Of a stretch of 28,513 nucleotides of DNA, positions 6,599 to 15,786 are shown in pieces. The position numbers and the translations under genes were made by a program. Within the stretch, counting starts at the first letter, position 1, and each line of letters opens with the position of its first letter. The notes under the pieces were generated by a model. It saw nothing but the letters and a program-made list of their open reading frames with translations. It made no database searches and was not told the origin of the DNA. Origin of the DNA: a virus (lineage: Duplodnaviria; Caudoviricetes); the IMG/VR virus record IMGVR_UViG_3300017911_001977, positions 1 to 28,513 of that record; one strand, written 5' to 3'.

Positions 6599-8233
6599 AT
6601 GCAAAAAAGAATTGAGAATATTATAAAAATAGGCTCTCAAGGTTTTTCTGACAGATCCAGCATTGATTCTTTGTGGCAATCTATGGCTTTAAATTTTTAT
6701 CCTGAAAGAGCTACATTTACTAATTCGTGGTCTTTGGGGGAAGAATTTGCGTCTCATTTAACAACTTCTTATCCTATTCTTGCAAGGCGTGACTTAAGCA
6801 ATGCAATTAAAACAATGTTAAGGCCGCGAGGTAAAAATTGGTTTTCTGTTCAAATTCAAAATATGCCTGACGTGACAGGATTTAGTAAACAATATCTTGA
6901 ATATGTAGACAGTAGGATGCGGATGTTTATGTTTAATAGAACATCGGGATTTGATAGGGCAACAAATGAAACAGATTCGGATTATGCAACTTTTGGAAAT
7001 GCCGTATTTTCTATAGAATATAATCAAAATTTAACCGGGTTATTGTTTCGTTCATGGCATTTAAAAGATTTAATATGGTTTGAAGATCACGCTGGAAATG
7101 TAGACGAAGTTCATAGAAACTGGGAAGAAACAGCAGAAAATATATGTTATTATTTTGGAGATAATACACATTCAAAAGTAAAAGAAGCCGCTAAAAAAGA
7201 TCCTACGCGAAAAATTAAATGTCGTCATGTTGTTATTTCTACAGACAAATGGGAAAAAAGAGAAGACGGAAAAAAGTACAAATTGCCGTATGTTTCTATA
7301 TGGATAGATACAGATAACAATCATGTAATGGAAGAAACGCCAACACCAGTTTTACATTATGTTATTCCAAGATGGCAGACAATATCAGGTTCGCAATATG
7401 CTTATTCACCTGCAACAGTTTGTGCATTGCCTGATGCAAGATTAATTCAATCTATGTCATTAACTTTATTAGAAGCAGGAGAAAAAGCTGTAAATCCTCC
7501 AATAGTAGCAACAAGTGAAACGGTTAGATCAGACGTAAATATGCACGCTGGGGGGATTACATGGATTGATTATGAATATGATGAAAGACTGGGGGATGCT
7601 TTGCGGCCTATGTCTTTGGATAAATCGGGGCTTGCGTTTGGCGTTAATATTAGAGAAGAAACAAAAGCAATGATTCAAGAAGCTTTTTTCTTAAATAAAT
7701 TAGCATTACCCCAACAAACTGGAGACATGACAGCTACAGAAGTATCCCAAAGAATAGAGGAGTATATCAGAGGTGCTTTGCCATTATTCCAATCAATTGA
7801 AACAGAATATAACGCTAATATGTGCGAAATGGTTTTTGATTTGCTTAATGCAAGAAATGCTTTTGGCAGTTTTGAGGATGTTCCAGAAGAGCTACAAGGA
7901 AAAAATATAGAATTTACTTTTGAATCGCCTTTGATTGAAGCAGAGGGAAGAGAAAAAGGACAACGCTATTTAGAAGCGGCTAACCTTTTAAGAGTAGCGG
8001 CTGAAATGGAACCATCGACTGTTAAGCTTGTCAAAAATGAAACAGCTTTAAGAGATACATTTACAGGAATAAAAATACCTGAAAAATGGTTGCATACAGA
8101 AGAAGAAATGGAAGAAATTATTGAACAAGAAACAGAAAACGAACAACAACAAAAACAAATAAATATGATAGCACAAACTGGACAGGCGGCTCAAGAAGCC
8201 GGAAAAGGTGCGCAAGCTATTACTGGAGAATAA
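6599..8233 (+). CDS. Portal / head-to-tail connector (T7 gp8-like family)
   Basis: 544 aa. Motifs P.GKNWF, D..TFGNA, PRW....G..YAYSPA...LPD, MTATEV..R.EE, and F.F.SPL. Confidence 0.93.
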   Translation: MQKRIENIIKIGSQGFSDRSSIDSLWQSMALNFYPERATFTNSWSLGEEFASHLTTSYPILARRDLSNAIKTMLRPRGKNWFSVQIQNMPDVTGFSKQYLEYVDSRMRMFMFNRTSGFDRATNETDSDYATFGNAVFSIEYNQNLTGLLFRSWHLKDLIWFEDHAGNVDEVHRNWEETAENICYYFGDNTHSKVKEAAKKDPTRKIKCRHVVISTDKWEKREDGKKYKLPYVSIWIDTDNNHVMEETPTPVLHYVIPRWQTISGSQYAYSPATVCALPDARLIQSMSLTLLEAGEKAVNPPIVATSETVRSDVNMHAGGITWIDYEYDERLGDALRPMSLDKSGLAFGVNIREETKAMIQEAFFLNKLALPQQTGDMTATEVSQRIEEYIRGALPLFQSIETEYNANMCEMVFDLLNARNAFGSFEDVPEELQGKNIEFTFESPLIEAEGREKGQRYLEAANLLRVAAEMEPSTVKLVKNETALRDTFTGIKIPEKWLHTEEEMEEIIEQETENEQQQKQINMIAQTGQAAQEAGKGAQAITGE

Positions 8234-8234
8234 T

Positions 8235-8561
8235 ATGTTAAAAAATACAAGTAAGTTAGGAATTGCGTCTTATGAAGTGACGGCACAAGATATATATGCA
8301 TTACGCGCATTAATAAACGGAGAAGCCACAGAAAGCCAACAAAAACAAGCTTTAAATTGGATACAGAAAGAAGCTTGTGGATATTATAATATGTCATTTC
8401 ATCCTAAAAATGAAAGGTTAACAGATTTTAATGAAGGAAGACGTTTTGTCGCTAATATAATTTTTCAAACAATAGCAGAAGATCCTAAAATAATTGAAAA
8501 AAAAGATTTGGAATCAAAAATTGAAAGAGAAAAATTAATAAAATTAAAAAATAAGGATTAA
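8235..8561 (+). CDS. Bbp19-like phage protein
   Basis: SF.P....T.FNEGRRFV motif; position between portal and scaffold. Start moved to the ATG at 8235 (GGAG upstream, 1 nt after the portal stop). Confidence 0.7.
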   Translation: MLKNTSKLGIASYEVTAQDIYALRALINGEATESQQKQALNWIQKEACGYYNMSFHPKNERLTDFNEGRRFVANIIFQTIAEDPKIIEKKDLESKIEREKLIKLKNKD

Positions 8562-8643
8562 ATAAATTAATCCCTATTTAACACAGCTAGAAACTACATT
8601 TAAATAATAACTTTTTATCAACGCAAAATCAAGGATTATATAT

Positions 8644-9618
8644 ATGGAAAACACACCTACTACAGAAAGCACACCTACTACAGAAAGCAATAATATTTCT
8701 AATGCGCTTAATAATGGTGCAGAAATAAACACATCGTTAGAAAAAACACTACCAAATACTGAACCACAAGCAGTACAACCTCAAGAAAATTCTTTAAACA
8801 ATAATAATAAAGCCAATGAAAAAGAACCTCATTGGACTGATAGCTATTTAAATAGCATTAAAGATGAAAAATTAAGGTCTAAAAGAGAAGAATACGTATC
8901 ACGTTTTAAATCGCCAGAAAATGCACTAGAATCTCTTATAAATGCACAAGCAGAAATTGGTCGCCTTAATAACGCTTTGCATAATAAAAAAATAAATAAT
9001 GAATCAAGCCCGGAAGAAATAGAAAGCTATAGAAAAAATAATAACATTCCAAAAGAATCAGAAGGCTATGAATACCAAACACCAGAGGGAATGATTATAG
9101 GTGACGATGACAAAGATGTCATTAATTCTTTTAAAAAAATTGCACATGATAGCAATATTCCTCAAGACGCTTTTGAAAAAATTGTTAATTTTCATTATGA
9201 CAATATACAAAAACAAGACGCTTTAGAGCGTGAAATGTTTGAGCAACAATCAATTACTGCAAGTGAAATATTACAAAAAGAATTAAAAGGTGATTTTGAT
9301 CGGTCTATTGAACATTTAAATTCTTTTTTAAAAAATAAATTTGGCGATAACAAAGAAATTATTGATAATGCTATTGGTGGCGATGGTGTGCCTCTTTTAA
9401 GCAATCCAGCAGTTATTCGTCAATTAATGAATATTGCGAACGAACTTGACCCAATAGCGCGAGTAATGCCAATAGGTCAAAGATCAGTTTCTTCTTTAAA
9501 TAATGAAAAAGAAGAATTAATATCTAAAATGAAAGATGATAAAGAATGGTTAAAAAATCCAAAACATGTAAGTCGTTTATATGAAATTTTTGAAGCAGAG
9601 ACCAAAATTAAAGGATAA
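8644..9618 (+). CDS. Capsid scaffolding/assembly protein
   Basis: Low-complexity N-terminus, acidic helical body, P.....Y motif, A....I.Q and NP.V.. motifs; lies directly before the MCP. Confidence 0.8.
   Translation: MENTPTTESTPTTESNNISNALNNGAEINTSLEKTLPNTEPQAVQPQENSLNNNNKANEKEPHWTDSYLNSIKDEKLRSKREEYVSRFKSPENALESLINAQAEIGRLNNALHNKKINNESSPEEIESYRKNNNIPKESEGYEYQTPEGMIIGDDDKDVINSFKKIAHDSNIPQDAFEKIVNFHYDNIQKQDALEREMFEQQSITASEILQKELKGDFDRSIEHLNSFLKNKFGDNKEIIDNAIGGDGVPLLSNPAVIRQLMNIANELDPIARVMPIGQRSVSSLNNEKEELISKMKDDKEWLKNPKHVSRLYEIFEAETKIKG
8653..8688 (+). repeat. 18-bp perfect tandem repeat (TPTTES x2)
   Basis: acacctactacagaaagc occurs twice, in frame. Confidence 0.95.
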
Positions 9619-9619
9619 C

Positions 9620-9649
9620 TTGACAAATATTTAAATATATTGTTATAAT
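9620..9649 (+). promoter_or_regulatory. Consensus sigma70 promoter upstream of the major capsid gene
   Basis: TTGACA (9620-9625), 18 nt, TATAAT (9644-9649), with extended -10 TG at 9641-9642. Confidence 0.85.
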
Positions 9650-9825
9650 AAAAACACTCCATAAACTCTTTACAAAAAGACGTGGACTGTTTTTATATTT
9701 AAGTCGCTAATTCTTTTTACAAGACGTGATTTATTTTTTTAACAGAGGTCAAAAGGCGTGCGGACGCATTAACCCTTATGAAAAATCTGTAATTCGTTAT
9801 TAATTATAATTTTAAAGGGTATAAA

Positions 9826-10692
9826 ATGTCTGATGAAGCATACCAAAAGTTGTTTGTTCAAGAAGCAATTGTAGCTTATGAGCAAACAGAAAGTAAGTTA
9901 AGAAATACTTGCATAACTGAAACAGAGATTAATGGAAACCAAGCGGTTTTTTTAATTGCTGGAAGTGCCTCTGGTGCAACTACAACAACAAGAGGCCCTA
10001 ATGGAAAGATTCAATCTCAAAAATCTAACCTTGTTCAAAAAACAGTAACGCTTAAAGAAGAGCATTATAAGGAAACTGTTAATGATTTTGATTTAAGATC
10101 AACGCATGGTGGAGCAAATATTAGACGTTCTATTATGTCACGTTCTACAATGTCAGTTATTCATAGAAAATATGATGATCAAATTCTTCAAGAATTAAAT
10201 ACTGCTACGCAAACGGCAGGTGCGGCGGCTGTTGTTAGTTATTCTAAAATTACCAAAGCTTTAGCTTTATTGGCTAATAATGACGTTGATATTACAAGCA
10301 ATGAAATTTACGGAGTTATTACTCCTGCATTTTATGCAAAATTGCTTGAAATGGATCAATTTACAAATATTGATTATGTTGAAACAAAACCAATTATTGA
10401 TAATAGCGGAGGAATTAGTTCTACTATTAAAATGATTAAATGGTTGGGGGTTCATTGGATTACGCATACAGGATTACCCGGACAAGGTTCATCTAGTGCT
10501 TCATGTTTTCTATATCATAAAAACTCTATAGGTCATGGATGCCATTTTACAGGTATTGATATGGCAATGGGTTACAATTCAGAAAACAAATATTCGTATT
10601 GTACTGGAACAATGCACGCAGAAGCTTTGAAGCTTCAAGATGAGGGTATTGTAAAAATCCTTCACGATGACAATTCTGTTTTAACTGCTTAA
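9826..10692 (+). CDS. Major capsid protein (HK97 fold, podovirus type)
   Basis: N-terminal F.....AYEQ..SKLR.T, R..D..I...L, E...IDY...KP and WLG..WI motifs; follows the scaffold; RBS AAGGG. Confidence 0.88.
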   Translation: MSDEAYQKLFVQEAIVAYEQTESKLRNTCITETEINGNQAVFLIAGSASGATTTTRGPNGKIQSQKSNLVQKTVTLKEEHYKETVNDFDLRSTHGGANIRRSIMSRSTMSVIHRKYDDQILQELNTATQTAGAAAVVSYSKITKALALLANNDVDITSNEIYGVITPAFYAKLLEMDQFTNIDYVETKPIIDNSGGISSTIKMIKWLGVHWITHTGLPGQGSSSASCFLYHKNSIGHGCHFTGIDMAMGYNSENKYSYCTGTMHAEALKLQDEGIVKILHDDNSVLTA

Positions 10693-10713
10693 TTTTAATA
10701 TAAAGGATTATTT

Positions 10714-11007
10714 ATGGCATATGATGCAACAAACCCAGAAAGATTCCCATATCTTACAATTGCAGGAAATGGTGGAACGTATAGTCTTAGAGAATGGCAC
10801 TACAAAAGTGCTGATACAATAGCTACTGTAAGAGTTGATGGATACATTTCAAACGGTGCAGCGTTAGGAATGAAACTATATGATGTTGTTACAGTTGTTG
10901 ATACAACCACGCCAGCTGTTCAAAAAATGGTTGTAGCGGCTGTTAATGCTAACGGTTCGATTGATTTATCAGACGGTACGGCTATTTCTACAACAGATAC
11001 AGATTAA
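10714..11007 (+). CDS. Probable capsid decoration/cement protein
   Basis: 97-aa beta-rich protein directly after the MCP, with strong RBS AAGGA and followed by a long hairpin. Function inferred from position. Confidence 0.55.
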   Translation: MAYDATNPERFPYLTIAGNGGTYSLREWHYKSADTIATVRVDGYISNGAALGMKLYDVVTVVDTTTPAVQKMVVAAVNANGSIDLSDGTAISTTDTD

Positions 11008-11011
11008 TATA

Positions 11012-11087
11012 GTTAATCTTTATATATTGTGACATAATATATTTGGAATACCCTTTCCGCGCGTTATATATTGTGTCACATTTTAAC
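11012..11087 (+). terminator. Long intergenic stem-loop after the capsid genes (terminator, RNase III site or stabiliser)
   Basis: tgtgacataatatat (11028-11042) pairs with atatattgtgtcaca (11066-11080), including 1 G-U pair. Inner ggaa/ttcc and outer gttaa/ttaac also pair; TTTT follows the main stem. Confidence 0.6.
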
Positions 11088-11106
11088 GCAAAATAAAGGA
11101 TATAAA

Positions 11107-11553
11107 ATGGAAAAAACATTTAAAATATACAAAAAAGATTTAAACCTTTTTGAATATACACATATACGTTACGTTGGAACAGTTAATAAAGACATAACCG
11201 TAAAAGATATAAAAAATCCTGAATTTTGGATTTACGTACATGATATGTTTCGAGAAAATAAAACTCGCATTTATAAAGGGGCAGAAGTTACGCTTTATAC
11301 AGAGGATATGTCTAAACGGTTTGATCTTGTTTTTTTAGGATTTAATATAAATAAAGAAGTTAAATTTAAATTGCTACATGAATATGATTTAACTAATGAA
11401 AAAAATTATTTTGAAAAAAAAAATGATGAATATATAGGCGTGCATATACCGCATAAAGGATGGCGCATATTGAGAAAATCAGATAACCATATTGTCCATG
11501 AAAAATTGTCTAAGGATGATAAAAATAAATTTTTAAGTGAAATGAATGGTTAG
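11107..11553 (+). CDS. Hypothetical protein between head and tail genes
   Basis: The ATG at 11107 follows RBS AAAGGA. The track's TTG at 11071 lies inside the hairpin. Confidence 0.75.
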   Translation: MEKTFKIYKKDLNLFEYTHIRYVGTVNKDITVKDIKNPEFWIYVHDMFRENKTRIYKGAEVTLYTEDMSKRFDLVFLGFNINKEVKFKLLHEYDLTNEKNYFEKKNDEYIGVHIPHKGWRILRKSDNHIVHEKLSKDDKNKFLSEMNG

Positions 11554-12181
11554 CTCTCTTGAACAATTATCTATATATAACGGCGCATTAATTCATCTTA
11601 GAGAAAGAAGAATTAAAAATCTTGAAGAAAATGTACCTACAAGACGTTATTTAGATGAAGTTTGGAATCAAAAATTTATTGATTTATGTTTATCTGATTA
11701 TCAATGGACGTTTGCTACACGAACATTAAAGCTACAAGCTGATAATAGTTTAACGGCAAGTTTTGGATATAAAAATGTTTATGAATTGCCAAGCGATTTT
11801 TTAAATACGTGTGCGGTATGCTCCGATGAATATTTTAAATATCCAATCCGTGATTATAATCACGAAGTAAATTATATTTATACAGACTATGAAGAAATTT
11901 ATATTAAGTATATTTCTAATAATCCTTTATATGGCGGTGGATATAATAATTGGTCTCCTGAATTTTTGCATTATGTTATTATTAATTTTGCATTTATAGC
12001 GTCAAATTTAATAAGTCATTCACATAATTTAAGTCAAGAATTAGAACGAAAAAAAGATAAAGCACGTAAAATTGCTATAAATAAAGATTTTCAAAAAAAA
12101 CCATCACGATCATTTGCTTGCGGTGCATGGGCTAATTCAAGGCATTTAGGACGTTTTTATAATTATGATAAAGACTATTAA
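11546..12181 (+). CDS. Tail adaptor / tail tubular protein A (T7 gp11-like)
   Basis: I.N.AL..L.E..I, W.FA, Y.LPSD and I.YI motifs; 211 aa; precedes the nozzle. Confidence 0.85.
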   Translation: MVSSLEQLSIYNGALIHLRERRIKNLEENVPTRRYLDEVWNQKFIDLCLSDYQWTFATRTLKLQADNSLTASFGYKNVYELPSDFLNTCAVCSDEYFKYPIRDYNHEVNYIYTDYEEIYIKYISNNPLYGGGYNNWSPEFLHYVIINFAFIASNLISHSHNLSQELERKKDKARKIAINKDFQKKPSRSFACGAWANSRHLGRFYNYDKDY

Positions 12182-14883
12182 TGCCTAAACAGAATTTTGC
12201 ACAATTAGCTTTTAATCGTGGCGTTGTATCTCCGTTAGGTTTAGGACGAATAGATCAAGAAACTATAGTATGGGCTGCGGAAGAAATGACAAACATTGTG
12301 CCACGTGTATTAGGCTCTGCTATGCTTCGCACAGGCACAGAATATATTGGTAAAACAAAAGACAATTTAAAATCTTACAATATTCCGTTTGTTTTTTCTT
12401 CAAACGATCAAGCGATTATTGAATTAACAAATAATGCTTTTAGAGTACGTGTTAATGAAGAAATTATTGTTCGTAATTCTGTTTCAACAACAATTTTAAA
12501 TGGTAATTTTGAACTAGATCTTTCTAATTGGACAAATAATGACGAAACAGGAGCGGCGTCTAGTTATGCGAATGGTTTTTTGCAATTATTAGGAACGGGC
12601 ACTAATAAAGCAATTAGAACTCAAGAAGTATTAGTCAATATACCCGATCTTAATATTGAACATGGGGTAAGAATTATTATTTCACGGGGTGAAGTTGTTT
12701 TAAAAATAGGCTCTTCGCAAGGAAATGATGATTATGTTAGCGAAACAACTTTGGGGCGTGGCGTACATTCATTATCTGTTACGCCGTCAAATAGTTTTTG
12801 GATAGAATTATCAAGTGATTTAAATTACGCAACATTAATTGAATCAGTTACAATTGAAACAGCTGGGGATATGATTATTCCTACGACAATATCAGAAAAT
12901 GATTTTTCTTTAGTGCGATATGATAATTCAGGGGATATTATTTATTTGGCGGTAAAAGGGCAACAGCAAAGAAAAATTGAAAGGCGTGATATACGTTCTT
13001 GGTCTTTTGTTTATTATGAGCCCAAAGATGGTCCTTTTCTTCTTCAAAATGTATCAAACACGACAATTGAATCAAGCGGTTTAAAGGGAAATGTTGTTTT
13101 GACATCTTCAAGAGGTATTTTTAAAAAAAATCATGTTGGTGCATTGTTTAAATTAACATCTTTTGGGCAAACGGTTACAGCTGATTTGACGGCAGAAAAT
13201 AGTTACACAGATTCAATCCGTGTTACAGGTGTAGGAACAAGCCGTGTATTTTTTGTAGTTATTACCGGAACATGGCAAGGTAAAATTACATTACAAAGAT
13301 CTTTAGATGAGGGGAGTAGTTGGGAAGATGTCAATAATTTTACGTCTAATACAAATCCAACAAGCTCACCAAGTATAAATTATAGTTTAGACAATCAAAT
13401 TGTTTTTTATAGAATTGGTTTTAACTATGGAAATTATACAAGCGGTACGGCTACAGTTTCTTTGCAATATTCTTCTGGTTCAATAACAGGGATTGCAAGA
13501 ATAACAAGTTACACAAGTAGTACAGTAGTAAATGCAGAAGTTTTAAAAGATTTTGGCAGTACAGATCCTACAAATGACTGGGCTGAGGGTGTATGGTCTA
13601 ACTATAGAGGATATCCAAGCGCAATATCTTTTCACGAAGGGCGTTTGTGGTTTGCAGGCAATGGGAGATATATAGGGTCTGTATCAGATAATTATGAAAG
13701 TTTTGATGAAAATGTTGAAGGGGATAGCGGTTTAATTAATAAAGCTATAGGAGATGGGGCAGTTGAAGAGGTAAATTGGTTGCTTTCAAGTGATGTGTTA
13801 GCATTAGGAACGTCAAGCGGAGAAAAAATTATAAGATCAAATACTTTTGGCGATATATTAACGCCATTTAACACATCAATTAAAACATTGAAAAATATAG
13901 GTTCTACAAATATTTCACCTGTTTTAGTCGATCAAAGAATGATTTTTGCTTTTGGTTCTTTTTTGTATGAAATTTATACTTTGTCTACAACAGAAGGCGG
14001 TATTGGATTTGACGTTACAAATTTAACATTGCTTTCCCCCGAAATATGCAAGCCAAATATTACACAAATTGCTGTTCAAAGAAGACCTGATACAAGAATA
14101 CATTGTTTACGTTCTGATGGTAAGGTTGCAATTATGGTTTATAATGTCAATGAAGGCATAAAATCATGGTCATTATGGGAAACAGACGGAATTGTAGAAA
14201 ATATTTTAATTACAAAAGGCGGCAGTGAAAACATTGAGGATGTTGTATATTACACAATAATACGCACAATAAATGGACAAAATCAAAGATATTTAGAAAA
14301 ATGGGCTTATGAAGATAATGCACAAGGTGGCGTTATTAATGAGCAATTAGACAGTTTTAAAAAGTTTTCTTTAGATGTTAGCAGTGACACTTTATCTGGT
14401 CTTGAGCATTTAGCAAACAGATCTGTTAAAGTTTGGGATGGTACATCGGGGCAAGGAAAGTTTTTAGGTAATTTTAATATTTTAAATTCTGGAAATCTTG
14501 AGTTAGGGCAAGTGGTTAATAATTGCATTGTTGGTTTAAGTTATACTGGACGCATAAAATCAATGAAACTTCCTTATGCGTCAGGATTAGGAACGCCTCT
14601 TAATCAAAAAAAAATGATATCTATGCTTGGGGTAATACTTCACAATACGATTGTTGATGGTGTTAAAATAGGAACAGACGATGAATATCTTAATCCTATG
14701 CCATGCTATGAAGATGGATATAGTGTTGATGAAAATCATCTTTATACGCATTATGACAAAGAAATGTTTCCTATTGACGGAACATATACAACAGATCCAC
14801 GTTTAATTATAACAGCACAATCCCCTTATCCATTTACACTTTTAGCATTAACAGCAACAATACAAACAAATGACAAAGGATAA
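12181..14883 (+). CDS. Tail nozzle / tail tubular protein B (T7 gp12 / P22 gp10-like beta-propeller)
   Basis: N-terminal F..G.VSP...GR.D and N..P...G....R.GT.YI; GYPSAISFHEGRLWFAG; C-terminal Q..P.P.T.LA. Confidence 0.88.
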   Translation: MPKQNFAQLAFNRGVVSPLGLGRIDQETIVWAAEEMTNIVPRVLGSAMLRTGTEYIGKTKDNLKSYNIPFVFSSNDQAIIELTNNAFRVRVNEEIIVRNSVSTTILNGNFELDLSNWTNNDETGAASSYANGFLQLLGTGTNKAIRTQEVLVNIPDLNIEHGVRIIISRGEVVLKIGSSQGNDDYVSETTLGRGVHSLSVTPSNSFWIELSSDLNYATLIESVTIETAGDMIIPTTISENDFSLVRYDNSGDIIYLAVKGQQQRKIERRDIRSWSFVYYEPKDGPFLLQNVSNTTIESSGLKGNVVLTSSRGIFKKNHVGALFKLTSFGQTVTADLTAENSYTDSIRVTGVGTSRVFFVVITGTWQGKITLQRSLDEGSSWEDVNNFTSNTNPTSSPSINYSLDNQIVFYRIGFNYGNYTSGTATVSLQYSSGSITGIARITSYTSSTVVNAEVLKDFGSTDPTNDWAEGVWSNYRGYPSAISFHEGRLWFAGNGRYIGSVSDNYESFDENVEGDSGLINKAIGDGAVEEVNWLLSSDVLALGTSSGEKIIRSNTFGDILTPFNTSIKTLKNIGSTNISPVLVDQRMIFAFGSFLYEIYTLSTTEGGIGFDVTNLTLLSPEICKPNITQIAVQRRPDTRIHCLRSDGKVAIMVYNVNEGIKSWSLWETDGIVENILITKGGSENIEDVVYYTIIRTINGQNQRYLEKWAYEDNAQGGVINEQLDSFKKFSLDVSSDTLSGLEHLANRSVKVWDGTSGQGKFLGNFNILNSGNLELGQVVNNCIVGLSYTGRIKSMKLPYASGLGTPLNQKKMISMLGVILHNTIVDGVKIGTDDEYLNPMPCYEDGYSVDENHLYTHYDKEMFPIDGTYTTDPRLIITAQSPYPFTLLALTATIQTNDKG

Positions 14884-15259
14884 TATTATTATTGACCCAG
14901 TAACCCAACAGGATATCAATTTTTTTTATCCAGAAGGTTTTAATTATTCTTTTCGTGGATGGGTTGGAAAATATAAAGATAAACTTTTAGGGCTAGGGGG
15001 GTATTTGCTCGATAAATCGGGGGCAGTATGTCTTTTGAATTTTAATGAAAAAGAACAATTTCCCAAAAAATTATTGTATCGTGCGATGTTAAAAGTGTTT
15101 TTTGAAAAAATATGCCCCTCATGCAATTATAATTTATATGCAATACAAGATAATGAAAAACCTAATTCTAAAAAATTACTATTAAATTTAGGCTTTATAC
15201 ATTATTATGTTAATAAAGATAAAGAAAATGTTTATATTTTTAAAAGAGATTATTTATAA
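14870..15259 (+). CDS. GNAT-fold-like virion assembly protein (T7 gp13-like position)
   Basis: LLGLGG...N..S.KLL..LGF pattern; conserved position between the nozzle and ejection proteins. Confidence 0.55.
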   Translation: MTKDNIIIDPVTQQDINFFYPEGFNYSFRGWVGKYKDKLLGLGGYLLDKSGAVCLLNFNEKEQFPKKLLYRAMLKVFFEKICPSCNYNLYAIQDNEKPNSKKLLLNLGFIHYYVNKDKENVYIFKRDYL

Positions 15260-15786
15260 TGGGTGCAGATCCAATAACTTTAGGTATTATGGCGGCAGCT
15301 GGTGGTTTACAAGCTTTACAACAACATAAAACAGGGCAAGCGCAATCAAGGCTTGCGTCTGTTCAAGCAGAAAATTACAGATCAAAAGCTAAACAAGAAC
15401 AAGCAGTTGCACAAAGAAAAGCTTATGAACACAGAAAAGATGCTGAATTAAGAGCCTCAAGGATTATTGCCGTTGCAGCAGCTACAGGGGGAACAGCACA
15501 AGAAAAATCTGTTTTAGAATTATTAGGTGATATATCCGAACGAGGAGAATATAATGCTTTAACTGAAACATATCAAGGTGATATGGAAGCAAGAGATTTA
15601 AATTACCAAGCAAAAACAACACAAGAAAAAGGAAGATCCGCAAGGCGTGCGGCTAATATACAATCAATTGGTACATTATTTAGTACTGCTTCTTCAATGG
15701 CTGGGGGGTTTAAAACAACAAAGACTAACAAACCAAAGACTAACAAACCATGGCAAAACCCTGATATGAAATTTGGAGGTTATTAA
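15259..15786 (+). CDS. Small internal virion/ejection protein (T7 gp14 / P22 gp7-like)
   Basis: Hydrophobic Gly/Ala N-terminus (MGADPITLGIMAAAGG), Ala/Gln coiled coil, AAATGG motif. Confidence 0.8.
   Translation: MGADPITLGIMAAAGGLQALQQHKTGQAQSRLASVQAENYRSKAKQEQAVAQRKAYEHRKDAELRASRIIAVAAATGGTAQEKSVLELLGDISERGEYNALTETYQGDMEARDLNYQAKTTQEKGRSARRAANIQSIGTLFSTASSMAGGFKTTKTNKPKTNKPWQNPDMKFGGY
15719..15748 (+). repeat. 15-bp perfect tandem repeat (KTNKP x2)
   Basis: caaagactaacaaac occurs twice. Confidence 0.9.

Noticed and set aside
9745-9780. GGACGCA resembling part of a c-di-GMP-I riboswitch
   Set aside because: It lacks the GGCAAA...GNRA-capped P2 stem and the downstream receptor helix; only a 7-nt match.
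10670-10713. T7 10A/10B-style frameshift extension of the capsid protein
   Set aside because: No proper X XXY YYZ heptamer lies near the stop, and the -1 frame terminates within a few codons, before the next gene.
11028-11080. TGTGA...TCACA as a CRP site
   Set aside because: The half-sites are about 43 bp apart rather than 6 bp; better explained as the arms of an RNA hairpin.
8653-15748. Short tandem repeats in the scaffold (18 bp) and ejection protein (15 bp) as CRISPR-like or phase-variable loci
   Set aside because: Each has two in-frame copies with no spacers and lies in a low-complexity terminus; ordinary slippage duplications.
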